Below are positions 23,023 to 32,903 of a stretch of DNA of 35,094 nt, piece after piece (position 1 is the first letter of the stretch; every line of letters starts with the position of its first letter). Origin of the DNA: a virus (lineage: Duplodnaviria > Heunggongvirae > Uroviricota > Caudoviricetes). The stretch lies in the IMG/VR virus record IMGVR_UViG_2541047854_000004. One strand, written 5' to 3'. The notes beneath the pieces are model-generated. The model had not been told where the DNA came from, ran no database searches, and was given only the letters and a program-made list of their open reading frames with translations. The position numbers and the translations under genes are program-made.

Positions 23023-24240
23023 ATGAAACTTCATGAGATGAAGCAAAAACGAAACACCATTGCAAAGGATATGCGTGCACTGCATGAAAAAATTGGTGAT
23101 AACGCATGGACTGATGAGCAACGGGCAGAGTGGAACAGGGCGAAAGCTGAGCTGGATGCGCTGGATGAGCAAATCGCCCGTGAAGAAGAGTTGCGCCGTC
23201 AGGATCAGGCATATGTGGATGAGTCCGGGCCGGAAGAGCGCCAGAATAATGAGGCGGAGAACGGGAAAAAGGCGGTGGAAGAGAAGCGCGCTGCGGCATT
23301 TAACCGTTTTCTGCGTGCCGGATTTGCAGAACTGAATGCTGAAGAGCGTAATCTGATGCGTGAACTGCGGGCTCAGAGTGTAACAACGGATTCTCAGGGC
23401 GGATATACGGTGCCCACGCAGATGCGTAACAAAATCATTGACACCATGAAGGCTTATGGCGGGATTGCCAGTGTGGCGCAACTTCTGACCACATCAACCG
23501 GGCAGGATATCACCTGGTCAACGTCTGATGGCACGACTGAAGAGGGCGAACTGCTGGCGGAAAATACAGCCGCAACGGAACAGGATGTGACGTTCGGGAC
23601 CGCTATTCTGGGGGCTAAAAAGCTGTCATCAAAAATAATTCGTGTGTCCAATGAGCTGCTCCAGGACAGTGGGGTGGATATTGAATCTTATCTGGCAAAC
23701 CGTATTGCCCAGCGTATTGGTCGTGGAGAGGCAAAATATCTGGTTCAGGGGACCGGAACGGGATCACCGTTACAGCCAAAAGGGCTGGCAGCGTCGGTGA
23801 CGGGAACCATCCAGACTGCAGCCTCTGCCGCTTTCACCTGGAAAGAAATGAATGCCCTGAAACATGCCATTGATCCGGCATATCGTGGTGGGCCGAAATA
23901 CCGCTGGGCATTCAATGATGCCACATTGCAGACTATTGAAGAGATGGAGGATGGACAGAAACGCCCGTTATGGCTGCCGGATATTGCAGGCGGTACGCCG
24001 GCTACTGTGCTGGGGATCCCTTATGTTATTGATCAGGCTATTGACGGGATTGGTACCGGAAAAAAATTCATTTTCCTGGGGGATTTCAACCGCTTTATCA
24101 TTCGCCGCGTTACTTATATGGAACTGAAACGTCTGGTTGAGCGTTATGCTGAGTTTGATCAGGTGGCATTTCTGGCTTTCCATCGTTTTGACTGTGTGCT
24201 GGAAGATGTGGCAGCCATCAAGGCGCTCACTGGCAAATAA
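23023..24240 (+). CDS. Major capsid protein (HK97 fold)
   Basis: 405-aa ORF with coiled-coil scaffold-like N-terminal delta domain (EQRAEWNRAKAELDALDEQIAREEELRRQDQ), followed by a strong terminator. Confidence 0.9.
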   Translation: MKLHEMKQKRNTIAKDMRALHEKIGDNAWTDEQRAEWNRAKAELDALDEQIAREEELRRQDQAYVDESGPEERQNNEAENGKKAVEEKRAAAFNRFLRAGFAELNAEERNLMRELRAQSVTTDSQGGYTVPTQMRNKIIDTMKAYGGIASVAQLLTTSTGQDITWSTSDGTTEEGELLAENTAATEQDVTFGTAILGAKKLSSKIIRVSNELLQDSGVDIESYLANRIAQRIGRGEAKYLVQGTGTGSPLQPKGLAASVTGTIQTAASAAFTWKEMNALKHAIDPAYRGGPKYRWAFNDATLQTIEEMEDGQKRPLWLPDIAGGTPATVLGIPYVIDQAIDGIGTGKKFIFLGDFNRFIIRRVTYMELKRLVERYAEFDQVAFLAFHRFDCVLEDVAAIKALTGK

Positions 24241-24261
24241 CCACTCGTTGTTCAGTTACAG

Positions 24262-24283
24262 ACCGCGCCGACGCGGTTTTTTT
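24262..24283 (+). terminator. Intrinsic terminator/attenuator after the major capsid gene
   Basis: Stem ACCGCG/CGCGGT, tetraloop CCGA, then T7; a second GC hairpin at 24287-24306. Confidence 0.6.
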
Positions 24284-24316
24284 ATGCCCGCACAGTGTTG
24301 CGGGCAGGAGTTTCTG

Positions 24317-24634
24317 ATGGCAGCAATAGTGGAAAAACTCAGGGCGCAGTGCCGTATTGATACAGATGATGCAACTGATGATGAGTTACTGATGCTGTAT
24401 TTCCGGGCTGCCTGCCGCAAGGCAGAAAATTTTATCAACCGTAAGCTTTATGAGGAGACGGTGCCGGAAGGTGATCCTGAAGGGGTGCTTATAGCTGATG
24501 ATGTTTTGCTGGCGCTCATGTTGCTGGTCGGGCACTGGTACGAAAACCGGGAAAATTCCTCAGATGTCAGCAAGGCACCAGTCCCGTTTGGTTTTTCTTC
24601 TCTTCTGGAGCCTTATCGTTTTATTCCTTTGTAG
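24317..24634 (+). CDS. Head-tail connector (gp6-like)
   Basis: 106 aa from the ATG with GGAG RBS; ORF-track start at 24137 overlaps the capsid gene and is rejected. Confidence 0.7.
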   Translation: MAAIVEKLRAQCRIDTDDATDDELLMLYFRAACRKAENFINRKLYEETVPEGDPEGVLIADDVLLALMLLVGHWYENRENSSDVSKAPVPFGFSSLLEPYRFIPL

Positions 24635-24642
24635 GAGGAGAC

Positions 24643-24981
24643 ATGCAGGCGGGCAGATTACGTGATCGCGTAATTATTCTGAATGTCACCACCGCCCGCT
24701 CTCCGTCAGGGCATCCGGTGGAGACGGTGACGGAGGGAGCTACCGTATGGGCAGAAGTTAAGGGTATCAGCGGGAGGGAGATAATCTCAGGCGGAGCAGA
24801 AACCGCTCAGGCTACGGTCAGAGTCTGGATGAGATTCCGGCGCGATGTGACAGCGACTTCACGTCTGAAAGTGCTGACCGGTGCATTCAAAGGCGCGATT
24901 CTGGGTATAGAAGGTCCACCAATACCGGATGCACGCGCTACCCGGCTTGAAATGCTCTGCAGCCTGAAGGGAAATGTGTGA
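24643..24981 (+). CDS. Head-tail adaptor / head closure protein
   Basis: 112-aa ORF with GGAGGAG RBS; conserved position in HK97-type modules. Confidence 0.65.
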   Translation: MQAGRLRDRVIILNVTTARSPSGHPVETVTEGATVWAEVKGISGREIISGGAETAQATVRVWMRFRRDVTATSRLKVLTGAFKGAILGIEGPPIPDARATRLEMLCSLKGNV

Positions 24982-25427
24982 TGGATTTCAGTCTTGATTT
25001 TTCCGGCCTGGCGGATATTGCACGGGATTTGGAGGCGCTCAGCAGGGCAGAAAACAATAAGGTTCTGCGCGATGCCACCCGTGCCGGTGCTGAAGTTATG
25101 CGGGATGCAGTTGTTGAACGTGCGCCGGAGCGAACCGGGAAACTGAAGAAAAATGTGGTTGTTCTCACTCAGCGTTCAAAGCGTCGGGGGGAAATTATCT
25201 CGGGTGTCCACATTCGCGGACGGAACCTGCGAACCGGAAACAGTGATAACAGCATGAAAGCCAGCGATCCCCGAAATGCATTTTACTGGCGCTTTGTGGA
25301 GCTGGGAACGATAAACATGCCCGCGCATCCATTCATTCGTCCGGCTTTCGATACGACAGAGGAGCTGGCGGCGCAGGTTGCCATACAGCGAATGAATCAG
25401 GCTATTGATGAGGTCTTAAGTAAATGA
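24978..25427 (+). CDS. HK97 gp10-like tail-component protein
   Basis: 149-aa ORF; start GTG 24978 or ATG 24981, overlapping the upstream stop. Confidence 0.65.
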   Translation: MMDFSLDFSGLADIARDLEALSRAENNKVLRDATRAGAEVMRDAVVERAPERTGKLKKNVVVLTQRSKRRGEIISGVHIRGRNLRTGNSDNSMKASDPRNAFYWRFVELGTINMPAHPFIRPAFDTTEELAAQVAIQRMNQAIDEVLSK

Positions 25428-25768
25428 GGGAGGGCACACTGTATTCCCTGTTGTCTCAGCTGGCCGGAGGACAGGTTTATCCTTATGTGGTCCCGCTGAC
25501 GGAGGGAAAGCCTGCGGTATCTCCGCCGTGGCTGGTGTTTTCTGTGGTGTCTGACACGGCATCTGATGTGCTTGATGGGCAGGCTGAATCCAGAATTACC
25601 GTGCAGATCGATGTCTGGGCGACAGTACCTGATGACGCAGATAATATTCGTGAGCAGGCGCTTGATGCGGTAAGAAAACTGGCACCCTCCGTTATTTCTA
25701 AAACGCAGGGGTATGATCCTGACTCCCGTCTGAGCAGAGCCACGCTTGAATTTCAGGTAATAGCCTGA
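25424..25768 (+). CDS. Tail completion / terminator protein (DUF3168-like)
   Basis: 114-aa ORF with ATGA overlap; position before the major tail protein. Confidence 0.6.
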   Translation: MREGTLYSLLSQLAGGQVYPYVVPLTEGKPAVSPPWLVFSVVSDTASDVLDGQAESRITVQIDVWATVPDDADNIREQALDAVRKLAPSVISKTQGYDPDSRLSRATLEFQVIA

Positions 25769-25788
25769 GGTCGTTAATGATTTACCCA

Positions 25789-25810
25789 CCCGCCGCTGGC
25801 GGGTTTTTTT
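25789..25810 (+). terminator. Intergenic hairpin with T-run before the major tail gene
   Basis: Stem CCCGCC/GGCGGG, then T7; RBS and ATG of the next gene follow within 20 nt. Confidence 0.5.
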
Positions 25811-25827
25811 ATTTTCAGGAGACGAGT

Positions 25828-26532
25828 ATGTCCTCTAATTTTGAGCGTTCGCAACTGACGAAAATTATGATTTCGTCTGCACCGGTAACAGCAGAAACCC
25901 TGGATTCTGCCAGCTATCTTGGCCTGAGCTGTACAATCAAAGAGGTGCAGTTTACCGCAGGACAAAAGCAGGATATTGATGTCACCACGCTGTGTTCTGT
26001 TGAGCAGGAAAATATTAACGGCCTTGGGGCTGCTTCAGAGATTTCCATGTCAGGCAACTTTTATCTGAATGCTGCCCAGAACGCGTTGCGCAGTGCCTAT
26101 GACAATGACACCACGTATGGCTTTAAAGTTATTTTTCCGTCAGGCAACGGATTTACCTTTATGGCAGAGGTGCGTCAGCATACCTGGTCTGCAGGAACCA
26201 ATGGTGTTGTGGCTGCAACGTTTTCCCTGCGTCTGAAAGGTAAACCTGTGCTGACGACAGAGCCGCTGAAAGTGAAGGCCAATTTAAAAAGCACGCTGCG
26301 GGTTGCTTCCGGAGCGAAACTTGAAATGGCGGTTGAGGCTGCGGGTGGTATGCCGCCTTATTCTTATGTCTGGAAGAAAGGTGGTTCTCCTGTTTCCGGA
26401 CAGACGGCGGCAACGTTCAGTAAGGCATCGGCAGTATCCGGTGATGCGGGTGCATATACCTGCGAGATTTCTGATTCAGCAAGCCCGGTTAACAAAGTGA
26501 CCTCTACTTCCTGCACTGTAACCGTCAGTTAA
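25828..26532 (+). CDS. V: Major tail protein (lambda V-like, with C-terminal Ig-like domain)
   Basis: 234 aa from the ATG with GGAG RBS; C-terminal region (...PYSYVWKKGGSPVSGQTAATFSKASAVSGDAGAYTCEISDSASPVNK...) resembles a Big_2-type Ig domain. Confidence 0.8.
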   Translation: MSSNFERSQLTKIMISSAPVTAETLDSASYLGLSCTIKEVQFTAGQKQDIDVTTLCSVEQENINGLGAASEISMSGNFYLNAAQNALRSAYDNDTTYGFKVIFPSGNGFTFMAEVRQHTWSAGTNGVVAATFSLRLKGKPVLTTEPLKVKANLKSTLRVASGAKLEMAVEAAGGMPPYSYVWKKGGSPVSGQTAATFSKASAVSGDAGAYTCEISDSASPVNKVTSTSCTVTVS

Positions 26533-26918
26533 TGAGGATGGATGTGATGACTAAAAATATCCGTAATCTGGCACTGGCAACGATGTCGGGGTTTCGCCAT
26601 AAAACCGTTGATGTGCCTGAATGGGAGGGAGCAACGGTTGTGTTACGGGAACCTTCTGCAGAAGCCTGGTTGCGCTGGCAGGAGATCGTTAAAGCAAAAG
26701 ATGATGAGACACCGTTATCCGTTGCGGAGCGCGCCCGCCGAAATCTGGAGGCAGATGTTGAACTGTTCATTGATGTTCTGTGTGATACCGGACTGCAACC
26801 CGTATTTTCAGAGGATGATCGTGAACAGGTGATTGCCGTGTATGGCCCGGTGCATGCGCGGCTTCTTCGGCAGTCTCTGGAACTGATCAGTGATGCCGGC
26901 GAGGTTAAAAAAAAGTAG
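26532..26918 (+). CDS. G: Tail assembly chaperone G
   Basis: Position between V and the tape measure; ends at the slippery site; start is ATG 26532 or 26547 (GAGGA RBS). Confidence 0.75.
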   Translation: MRMDVMTKNIRNLALATMSGFRHKTVDVPEWEGATVVLREPSAEAWLRWQEIVKAKDDETPLSVAERARRNLEADVELFIDVLCDTGLQPVFSEDDREQVIAVYGPVHARLLRQSLELISDAGEVKKK

Positions 26919-27220
26919 CGCTTCCGGGGATGCGTTTTCTGATGATGCTGGCGCTCAGGATGGGGCGCACATTGTCAGAGTTACGCCGGGAAATGTCCGC
27001 ATCAGAAATCATGATGTGGGCAGAATTTGACAGGTTCAGCCCGCTGGGTGACGAGCGGGCTGATATCCGGGCTGCCCAGATTGTTTCAGCTGTTTACGGT
27101 GCGCAGGGGGTCAAAGTGCCACTGAATGATGCGCTTCTTCAGTGGGAGCAGGAGCAGACAGAAGGCGTCTCAGATCCATTTGCCGGACTGGAAAACGCGC
27201 TTTTAATAGTGTCTCAGTGA
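26915..27220 (+). CDS. T: T portion of the G-T frameshift product
   Basis: -1 frame open from 26909; slippery heptamer A AAA AAG at 26909-26915 precedes the G stop (26916-26918). Standalone ATG at 26930 lacks an RBS. Confidence 0.65.
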   Translation, partial: VALPGMRFLMMLALRMGRTLSELRREMSASEIMMWAEFDRFSPLGDERADIRAAQIVSAVYGAQGVKVPLNDALLQWEQEQTEGVSDPFAGLENALLIVSQ

Positions 27221-27228
27221 GTCAACAT

Positions 27229-27250
27229 AACCGCTTCGGCGGTTTTTTTT
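27229..27250 (+). terminator. Intergenic hairpin (UUCG tetraloop) with T-run before the tape measure gene
   Basis: Stem AACCGC/GCGGTT, loop TTCG, then T8. Confidence 0.5.
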
Positions 27251-27260
27251 CGTCCGGAGA

Positions 27261-30200
27261 ATGAGTGTGGCGACATTACGTGAACTGATTATTAAAATCT
27301 CGGCAAATTCCCGGTCATTCCAGTCAGAGATCTCCCGGGCTTCGCGTATGGGGCAGGATTACTACCGTACCATGCAGAACGGAGGCCGACAGTCCGCTGC
27401 TGCATCCCGTGAAATGCGGCGTGCACTGGCAGAAGTGACGGATCAGATAAATACAGCTAAATCTTCGGCACTGAACATGGCGGGGGCATTTGCCGGGGCT
27501 TTTGCTACCGGTCATCTTATTTCTCTCGCCGATGAGTGGAATTCAGTAAATGCCCGTCTGAAGCAGGCCTCACAGTCCAGTGATGATTTTCAGTCATCAC
27601 AGCGTGAATTAATGGCGATCAGCCAGAGAACGGGGACGGCTTTTTCTGATAACGCCAGCCTTTTTGCCCGCTCTGCAGCTTCCATGCGGGAGTATGGTTA
27701 CAGTTCTGAGGAGGTACTGAAAGTCACCGAGGCGATCTCCACGGGCCTGAAATTATCCGGTGCCAGTACAGCAGAAGCCAGTTCGGTGATCACGCAGTTC
27801 AGTCAGGCTCTGGCGCAGGGAGTGCTGCGCGGTGAAGAGTTTAACTCGGTGAATGAGAACGGCGATCGTGTTATTCGTGCTCTGGCTGCGGGAATGGGAG
27901 TTGCCCGTAAGGATCTGAAGGCCATGGCGGATAACGGAAAGTTGACCGCCGATAAGGTTGTTCCTGCACTGATTAGTCAGCTTGGGGCATTACGTGATGA
28001 ATATGCGGCAATGCCTGATACGGTTTCATCCTCTGCAACCAAAGTTGAAAACGCCTTTATGGCCTGGGTTGGTGGTGCGAACGAGGCAAGCGGAGTGACG
28101 AAGACGCTCTCCGGTGTGCTGAATGGTATTGCAGGCAATATTGACACCGTGGCAACCGCTGCCGGTGCTCTGGTTGCCGTCGGGGTAGCCCGATATTTTG
28201 GCAATATGGCGTCGTCTGCTGGATCTGCAACTGCCGGATTAATTACTGCAGCCAGAAACGAAGTGGCTCTTGCTGAAGTGCAACTTCGGGGGACACAGAT
28301 AGCAACCGCCAGGGCGCGTGCGGCGGTTTATCGTGCGCAACAGGCGGTTGTTGCTGCTCGCGGTACCGAAAGGCAGGCCGCAGCAGAAGCGAAGCTGACA
28401 GCTGCCCAGGTGTCACTTACCCGTAATATTGCGGCCAGAACAGCGGCACAGACAACGCTGAATAATGTTACGTCAGTGGGGAGTCGTTTATTAAGTGGCG
28501 CGCTGGGGCTGGTTGGTGGTGTGCCGGGACTCGTCATGCTGGGGGCTGCGGCCTGGTACACGATGTATCAGAATCAGGAGCAGGCCAGAGAATCTGCACG
28601 CCAGTATGCCGCAACAATCGACGAAATTCGCCAGAAAACGTCGGCAATGTCGCTTCCTGAAGCGTCAGATAATGAGGAAAAGACGCGACAGGCACTGAAG
28701 GAGCAAAACAGGTTAATTGACGAGCAGAAAAGTAAGATTAAATCCTTACAGGAAAAAATTGCTGGCTATCAGTATGTGCTGGCAAACCCGGGCTGGACAA
28801 CCGATAACGGTTTTATGATTAACCACATGACGTCGGTAAAAACTGTCACAGAAGGGCTTGCAGAAGCAACAAATCAACTGGCAGTTGAACAGTCTCGCCT
28901 CACTCAAATGCAGGGCAAAGCGCAATCCATTCAGGATGTGCTTGCCGGGCTGGAGGAGCGACGGGTGGCGTTGATCCGTCAACAGGCCGCGGAACAAAAC
29001 AAAGCGTATCAGTCCCTGTTGATCATGAATGGGCAGCATACCGAGTTTAATCGCCTTCTCGGGCTCGGTAATGAATTACTTCAGCAGCGACAGGGGCTGG
29101 TGAATGTACCGTTACGGCTACCACAGGCAACCCTGGATGATAAACAGCAGACCGCACTGAATAACAGCGAGCGCGAACTGGCTCTGTCCCGCCTGAAGGG
29201 GGAAGCTCGTGAGCGTGCCCGCCTGGGTTATGCTGCGGATGATCTCGGCTTTGTGGGAGAGGCGTATCAGACAGCAAGACTGAATTATATAAATAACTCA
29301 CTGGATGCATGGCGAAATAACCAGGCAAATAAACCCAAAGCGCATAAAAAGACCGAAGCGGAAAAAACAGAGGATATTTATAAACGGCTGATTAAACAGC
29401 AAAAAGAACAGATAGCACTGGCAGGGCAGAATACTGAACTGGCTAAGATGAAATATCAGGTCAGTCAGGGCGAATTATCAACCCTGTCAGAAGCGCAGAA
29501 AAAAACGCTTTTGCAGAATGCAGCACTTATCGACCAGAAAAAGATTCGTGAGCAGCTTGCTGCGTATGAGAGCAGTCTGGCGGACAGTAATGCCAGTGTC
29601 AGAGCATCAAATGAGGCTCAGTTACTGGGATATGGTGAAGGCTCACGGATGCGTGAACGACTTCAGGAAATGTGGAGCATCCGGCAGGAGTTTGAGCAGA
29701 AAAATAACGAGCTACTGAGACAGTATCAGGCCGGAGAAATTGAAGAAGCCCTGTGGAAACAGGAGAAAGAGCTGAATAAAAAATATCTGGAAGAGCGTCT
29801 CAGCGATCAGCAGGATTATTATGCAAAGGCTGATGCTTTACGCAGTAACTGGAATGCCGGGCTCAAAGAGGGGCTGACGAACTGGGCAGACAGTGCCACC
29901 GATTATGCTTCGCAGGCGGCAGATGCTGTCGTTTCCACGATGGACGGGCTGGTATCAAATATTTCCGATGCACTGGCCGGGAATGTTGTGGACTGGAGGA
30001 ACTGGGGGAGTTCAGTTCTCCGGGAAGTTTCAAAAATTCTGATGAATGCAGCCATTGTTAACGGACTGAAATCACTCTCCGGTGCCGGAGGGTGGCTTGG
30101 TACGGTCGGCGGATGGATTTCGGGGGCAGTGGCAAACGCAAAAGGTGGTGTTTACACATCGGCAAATCTGAGTGCGTACAGCAACAGCATTGTGGACACG

Positions 30201-30494
30201 CCCACGTACTTTGCGTTTGCAAAAGGGGCCGGGCTGATGGGGGAAGCCGGACCTGAAGCCATTATGCCCCTGACCCGGGCGGCGGATGGCTCGCTGGGCG
30301 TACGCGCGGTGGGCAGTATGAACGGCAGTGCCGGTCTGGTGTATTCCCCGGTCTACCACATCGCCATTCAGAATGACGGGGCTAACGGACAGATAGGGCC
30401 GGAGGCGGCAGGCAGTCTTGTGCAGCTGATTGACCAGCGGGTGCAGGCGGTGATGCTGTCCATGCGACGTGACGGAGGAATGCTGAGTGGCTGA
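27261..30494 (+). CDS. H: Tail tape measure protein (lambda H-like)
   Basis: 1077-aa ORF, largely alpha-helical/coiled-coil composition, between G/T and M. Confidence 0.9.
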   Translation: MSVATLRELIIKISANSRSFQSEISRASRMGQDYYRTMQNGGRQSAAASREMRRALAEVTDQINTAKSSALNMAGAFAGAFATGHLISLADEWNSVNARLKQASQSSDDFQSSQRELMAISQRTGTAFSDNASLFARSAASMREYGYSSEEVLKVTEAISTGLKLSGASTAEASSVITQFSQALAQGVLRGEEFNSVNENGDRVIRALAAGMGVARKDLKAMADNGKLTADKVVPALISQLGALRDEYAAMPDTVSSSATKVENAFMAWVGGANEASGVTKTLSGVLNGIAGNIDTVATAAGALVAVGVARYFGNMASSAGSATAGLITAARNEVALAEVQLRGTQIATARARAAVYRAQQAVVAARGTERQAAAEAKLTAAQVSLTRNIAARTAAQTTLNNVTSVGSRLLSGALGLVGGVPGLVMLGAAAWYTMYQNQEQARESARQYAATIDEIRQKTSAMSLPEASDNEEKTRQALKEQNRLIDEQKSKIKSLQEKIAGYQYVLANPGWTTDNGFMINHMTSVKTVTEGLAEATNQLAVEQSRLTQMQGKAQSIQDVLAGLEERRVALIRQQAAEQNKAYQSLLIMNGQHTEFNRLLGLGNELLQQRQGLVNVPLRLPQATLDDKQQTALNNSERELALSRLKGEARERARLGYAADDLGFVGEAYQTARLNYINNSLDAWRNNQANKPKAHKKTEAEKTEDIYKRLIKQQKEQIALAGQNTELAKMKYQVSQGELSTLSEAQKKTLLQNAALIDQKKIREQLAAYESSLADSNASVRASNEAQLLGYGEGSRMRERLQEMWSIRQEFEQKNNELLRQYQAGEIEEALWKQEKELNKKYLEERLSDQQDYYAKADALRSNWNAGLKEGLTNWADSATDYASQAADAVVSTMDGLVSNISDALAGNVVDWRNWGSSVLREVSKILMNAAIVNGLKSLSGAGGWLGTVGGWISGAVANAKGGVYTSANLSAYSNSIVDTPTYFAFAKGAGLMGEAGPEAIMPLTRAADGSLGVRAVGSMNGSAGLVYSPVYHIAIQNDGANGQIGPEAAGSLVQLIDQRVQAVMLSMRRDGGMLSG

Positions 30495-30828
30495 GATAAA
30501 AACGCTGCATCTGGTCCCGCGTGAAGGGATGCAGGTGAGTGAGAAACCGTCGGTGGTGAGGGTTCGGTTTGGTGACGGTTATGAACAGCGCCGCCCCACA
30601 GGACTGAATCCTCAACTGAAGACGTTTCAGGCGGTGTTCCGGGTGACGGATGAGTCAACCCGGCGCTGGCTGGATGAATTTTTATCCTGGCATGGTGGTT
30701 ACCGTGCCTTTTTGTGGCGACCGCCGAAACATAACCGGACGGTGAGGGTGGTGTGTCGGGAGTGGAGCGTCACGGATAACGCCCGGTACAGTGATTTCAG
30801 CTGTACGATTGAGCAGGTGGTGAACTGA
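30487..30828 (+). CDS. M: Minor tail protein M
   Basis: GTG start overlapping the H stop; motif VVRVRFGDGYEQRRPTGLN and C-terminal EQVVN match lambda M from memory. Confidence 0.85.
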   Translation: MAEIKTLHLVPREGMQVSEKPSVVRVRFGDGYEQRRPTGLNPQLKTFQAVFRVTDESTRRWLDEFLSWHGGYRAFLWRPPKHNRTVRVVCREWSVTDNARYSDFSCTIEQVVN

Positions 30829-31526
30829 TGCAGGATATCCGACAGGAAACACTGAATGAATGCACCCGTGCGGAGCAGTCTGCCAGCGTGGTGCTCTGGG
30901 AAATCGATCTGACAGAGGTTGGTGGAGAACGTTATTTTTTCTGTAATGAGCAGAACGAAAAAGGTGAGCCGGTCACCTGGCAGGGGCGACAGTATCAGGC
31001 ATATCCCATTCAGGGGAGTGGTTTCGAACTGAATGGCAAAGGCACCAGTACGCGCCCCACGCTGACGGTTTCTAACCTGTACGGCATGGTCACCGGGATG
31101 GCGGAAGATCTGCAGAGTCTGGTCGGCGGAACGGTGGTCCGGCGTAAGGTTTACGCCCGTTTTCTGGATGCGGTGAACTTCGTCAACGGAAACAGTGACG
31201 CCGATCCGGAGCAGGAGGTGATCAGCCGCTGGCGCATCGAGCAGTGCAGCGAACTGAGCGCGGTGAGTGCCTCTTTTGTACTGTCCACGCCGACGGAAAC
31301 GGATGGTGCTGTTTTTCCGGGACGTACCATGCTGGCCAACACCTGCACCTGGACCTATCGCGGTGATGAGTGCGGTTATCACGGTCCGGCGGTCGCGGAT
31401 GAATATGACCAGCCGACGTCCGATATCACGAAGGATAAATGCAGCAAATGCCTGAGTGGTTGTAAGTTTCGCAATAATGTCGGCAACTTTGGCGGCTTCC
31501 TTTCTATTAACAAACTTTCGCAGTAA
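30828..31526 (+). CDS. L: Minor tail protein L
   Basis: 232 aa; TGATG overlap with M; Cys cluster near the C-terminus (CTWTYRGDECGY...CSKCLSGCKF) as in lambda L. Confidence 0.85.
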   Translation: MQDIRQETLNECTRAEQSASVVLWEIDLTEVGGERYFFCNEQNEKGEPVTWQGRQYQAYPIQGSGFELNGKGTSTRPTLTVSNLYGMVTGMAEDLQSLVGGTVVRRKVYARFLDAVNFVNGNSDADPEQEVISRWRIEQCSELSAVSASFVLSTPTETDGAVFPGRTMLANTCTWTYRGDECGYHGPAVADEYDQPTSDITKDKCSKCLSGCKFRNNVGNFGGFLSINKLSQ

Positions 31527-31530
31527 TCCC

Positions 31531-32274
31531 ATGACAGAGACAGAATCAGCGATTCTGGCGCACGCCCGGCGATGTGCGCCAGCGGAGTCGTGCGGCTTCG
31601 TAGTGAGAACGCCGGAGGGGGAAAGATATTTTCCCTGCGTGAATATCTCCGGTGAGCCGGAGGCGTATTTCCGTATGTCGCCGGAAGACTGGCTGCAGGC
31701 AGAAATGCAGGGTGAGATTGTGGCGCTGGTCCACAGCCACCCCGGTGGTCTGCCCTGGCTGAGTGAGGCCGACCGGCGGCTGCAGGTGCAGAGTGATTTG
31801 CCGTGGTGGCTGGTCTGCCGGGGGACGATTCATAAGTTCCGCTGTGTGCCGCATCTCACCGGGCGGCGCTTTGAGCACGGGGTGACGGACTGTTACACGC
31901 TGTTCCGGGATGCTTATCATCTGGCGGGGATTGAGATGCCGGATTTTCATCGCGAGGATGACTGGTGGCGTCACGGTCAGAATCTCTATCTGGATAATCT
32001 GGAGGCCACAGGGCTGTATCAGGTGCCGTTGTCATCAGCACAACCGGGCGATGTGCTGCTGTGCTGTTTTGGTTCATCGGTGCCGAATCATGCCGCCATT
32101 TACTGTGGTGATGGCGAGCTGCTGCACCATATTCCTGAACAACTGAGCAAACGAGAGAGGTATACCGACAAATGGCAGCGACGCACACACTCCCTCTGGC
32201 GTCACCGGGCATGGCACGCATCTGCCTTTACGGGGATTTGCAACGATTTGGCCGCCGCATCGACCTTCGTGTGA
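31531..32274 (+). CDS. K: Tail assembly protein K (JAB/MPN plus NlpC/P60-type domains)
   Basis: MTETESAILAHARRCAPAESCGFVV...HSHPGG... near-identical to lambda K as recalled; ORF-track start at 31456 overlaps L. Confidence 0.85.
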   Translation: MTETESAILAHARRCAPAESCGFVVRTPEGERYFPCVNISGEPEAYFRMSPEDWLQAEMQGEIVALVHSHPGGLPWLSEADRRLQVQSDLPWWLVCRGTIHKFRCVPHLTGRRFEHGVTDCYTLFRDAYHLAGIEMPDFHREDDWWRHGQNLYLDNLEATGLYQVPLSSAQPGDVLLCCFGSSVPNHAAIYCGDGELLHHIPEQLSKRERYTDKWQRRTHSLWRHRAWHASAFTGICNDLAAASTFV

Positions 32275-32843
32275 AAACGGGGGCCGAAGCCATCCGGGCG
32301 CTGGCCACACAGCTCCCGGCGTTTCGTCAGAAACTGAGCGACGGCTGGTATCAGGTGCGTATTGCCGGGCAGGATGTCAGCACGTCCGGATTAACGGCGC
32401 AGTTACATGAGGCTCTGCCTGACGGCGCTGTGATTCATATTGTTCCCAGAGTCGCCGGGGCCAAGTCAGGTGGTGTATTCCAGATTGTCCTGGGAGCAGC
32501 CGCCATTGCCGGATCATTCTTTACTGCCGGAGCCACCCTTGCAGCATGGGGGGCAGCCATTGGGGCCGGTGGTATGACCGGCATCCTGTTTTCTCTCGGT
32601 GCCAGTATGGTGCTCGGTGGTGTGGCGCAGATGCTGGCACCGAAAGCCAGAACTCCCCGTACACAGACAACGGATAACGGTAAGCAGAACACCTATTTCT
32701 CCTCACTGGATAACATGGTTGCCCAGGGCAATGTTATGCCTGTTTTGTATGGTGAAATGCGCGTGGGGTCACGTGTGGTATCTCAGGAGATCAGCACGGC
32801 AGATGAAGGGGACGGTGGTCAGGTTGTGGTGATTGGTCGATGA
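32172..32843 (+). CDS. I: Tail assembly protein I
   Basis: 223 aa overlapping the 3' end of K as in lambda; Gly/Ala-rich hydrophobic middle segment; near-identical to lambda I as recalled. Confidence 0.85.
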   Translation: MAATHTLPLASPGMARICLYGDLQRFGRRIDLRVKTGAEAIRALATQLPAFRQKLSDGWYQVRIAGQDVSTSGLTAQLHEALPDGAVIHIVPRVAGAKSGGVFQIVLGAAAIAGSFFTAGATLAAWGAAIGAGGMTGILFSLGASMVLGGVAQMLAPKARTPRTQTTDNGKQNTYFSSLDNMVAQGNVMPVLYGEMRVGSRVVSQEISTADEGDGGQVVVIGR

Positions 32844-32861
32844 TGCAAAATATTTTATGTG

Positions 32862-32882
32862 AAACCGCCTGCAGGCGGTTTT
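32862..32882 (+). terminator. Intergenic hairpin before the J-like gene
   Basis: 8-bp stem AAACCGCC/GGCGGTTT, loop TGCA, short T-run; weak as a terminator. Confidence 0.35.
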
Positions 32883-32903
32883 GTCGTTTATGGAGCATGA
32901 CGA

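Noticed and set aside
30699-31532. 277-aa minus-strand ORF
   Set aside because: Antisense to the M and L tail genes, which are strongly supported by lambda similarity.
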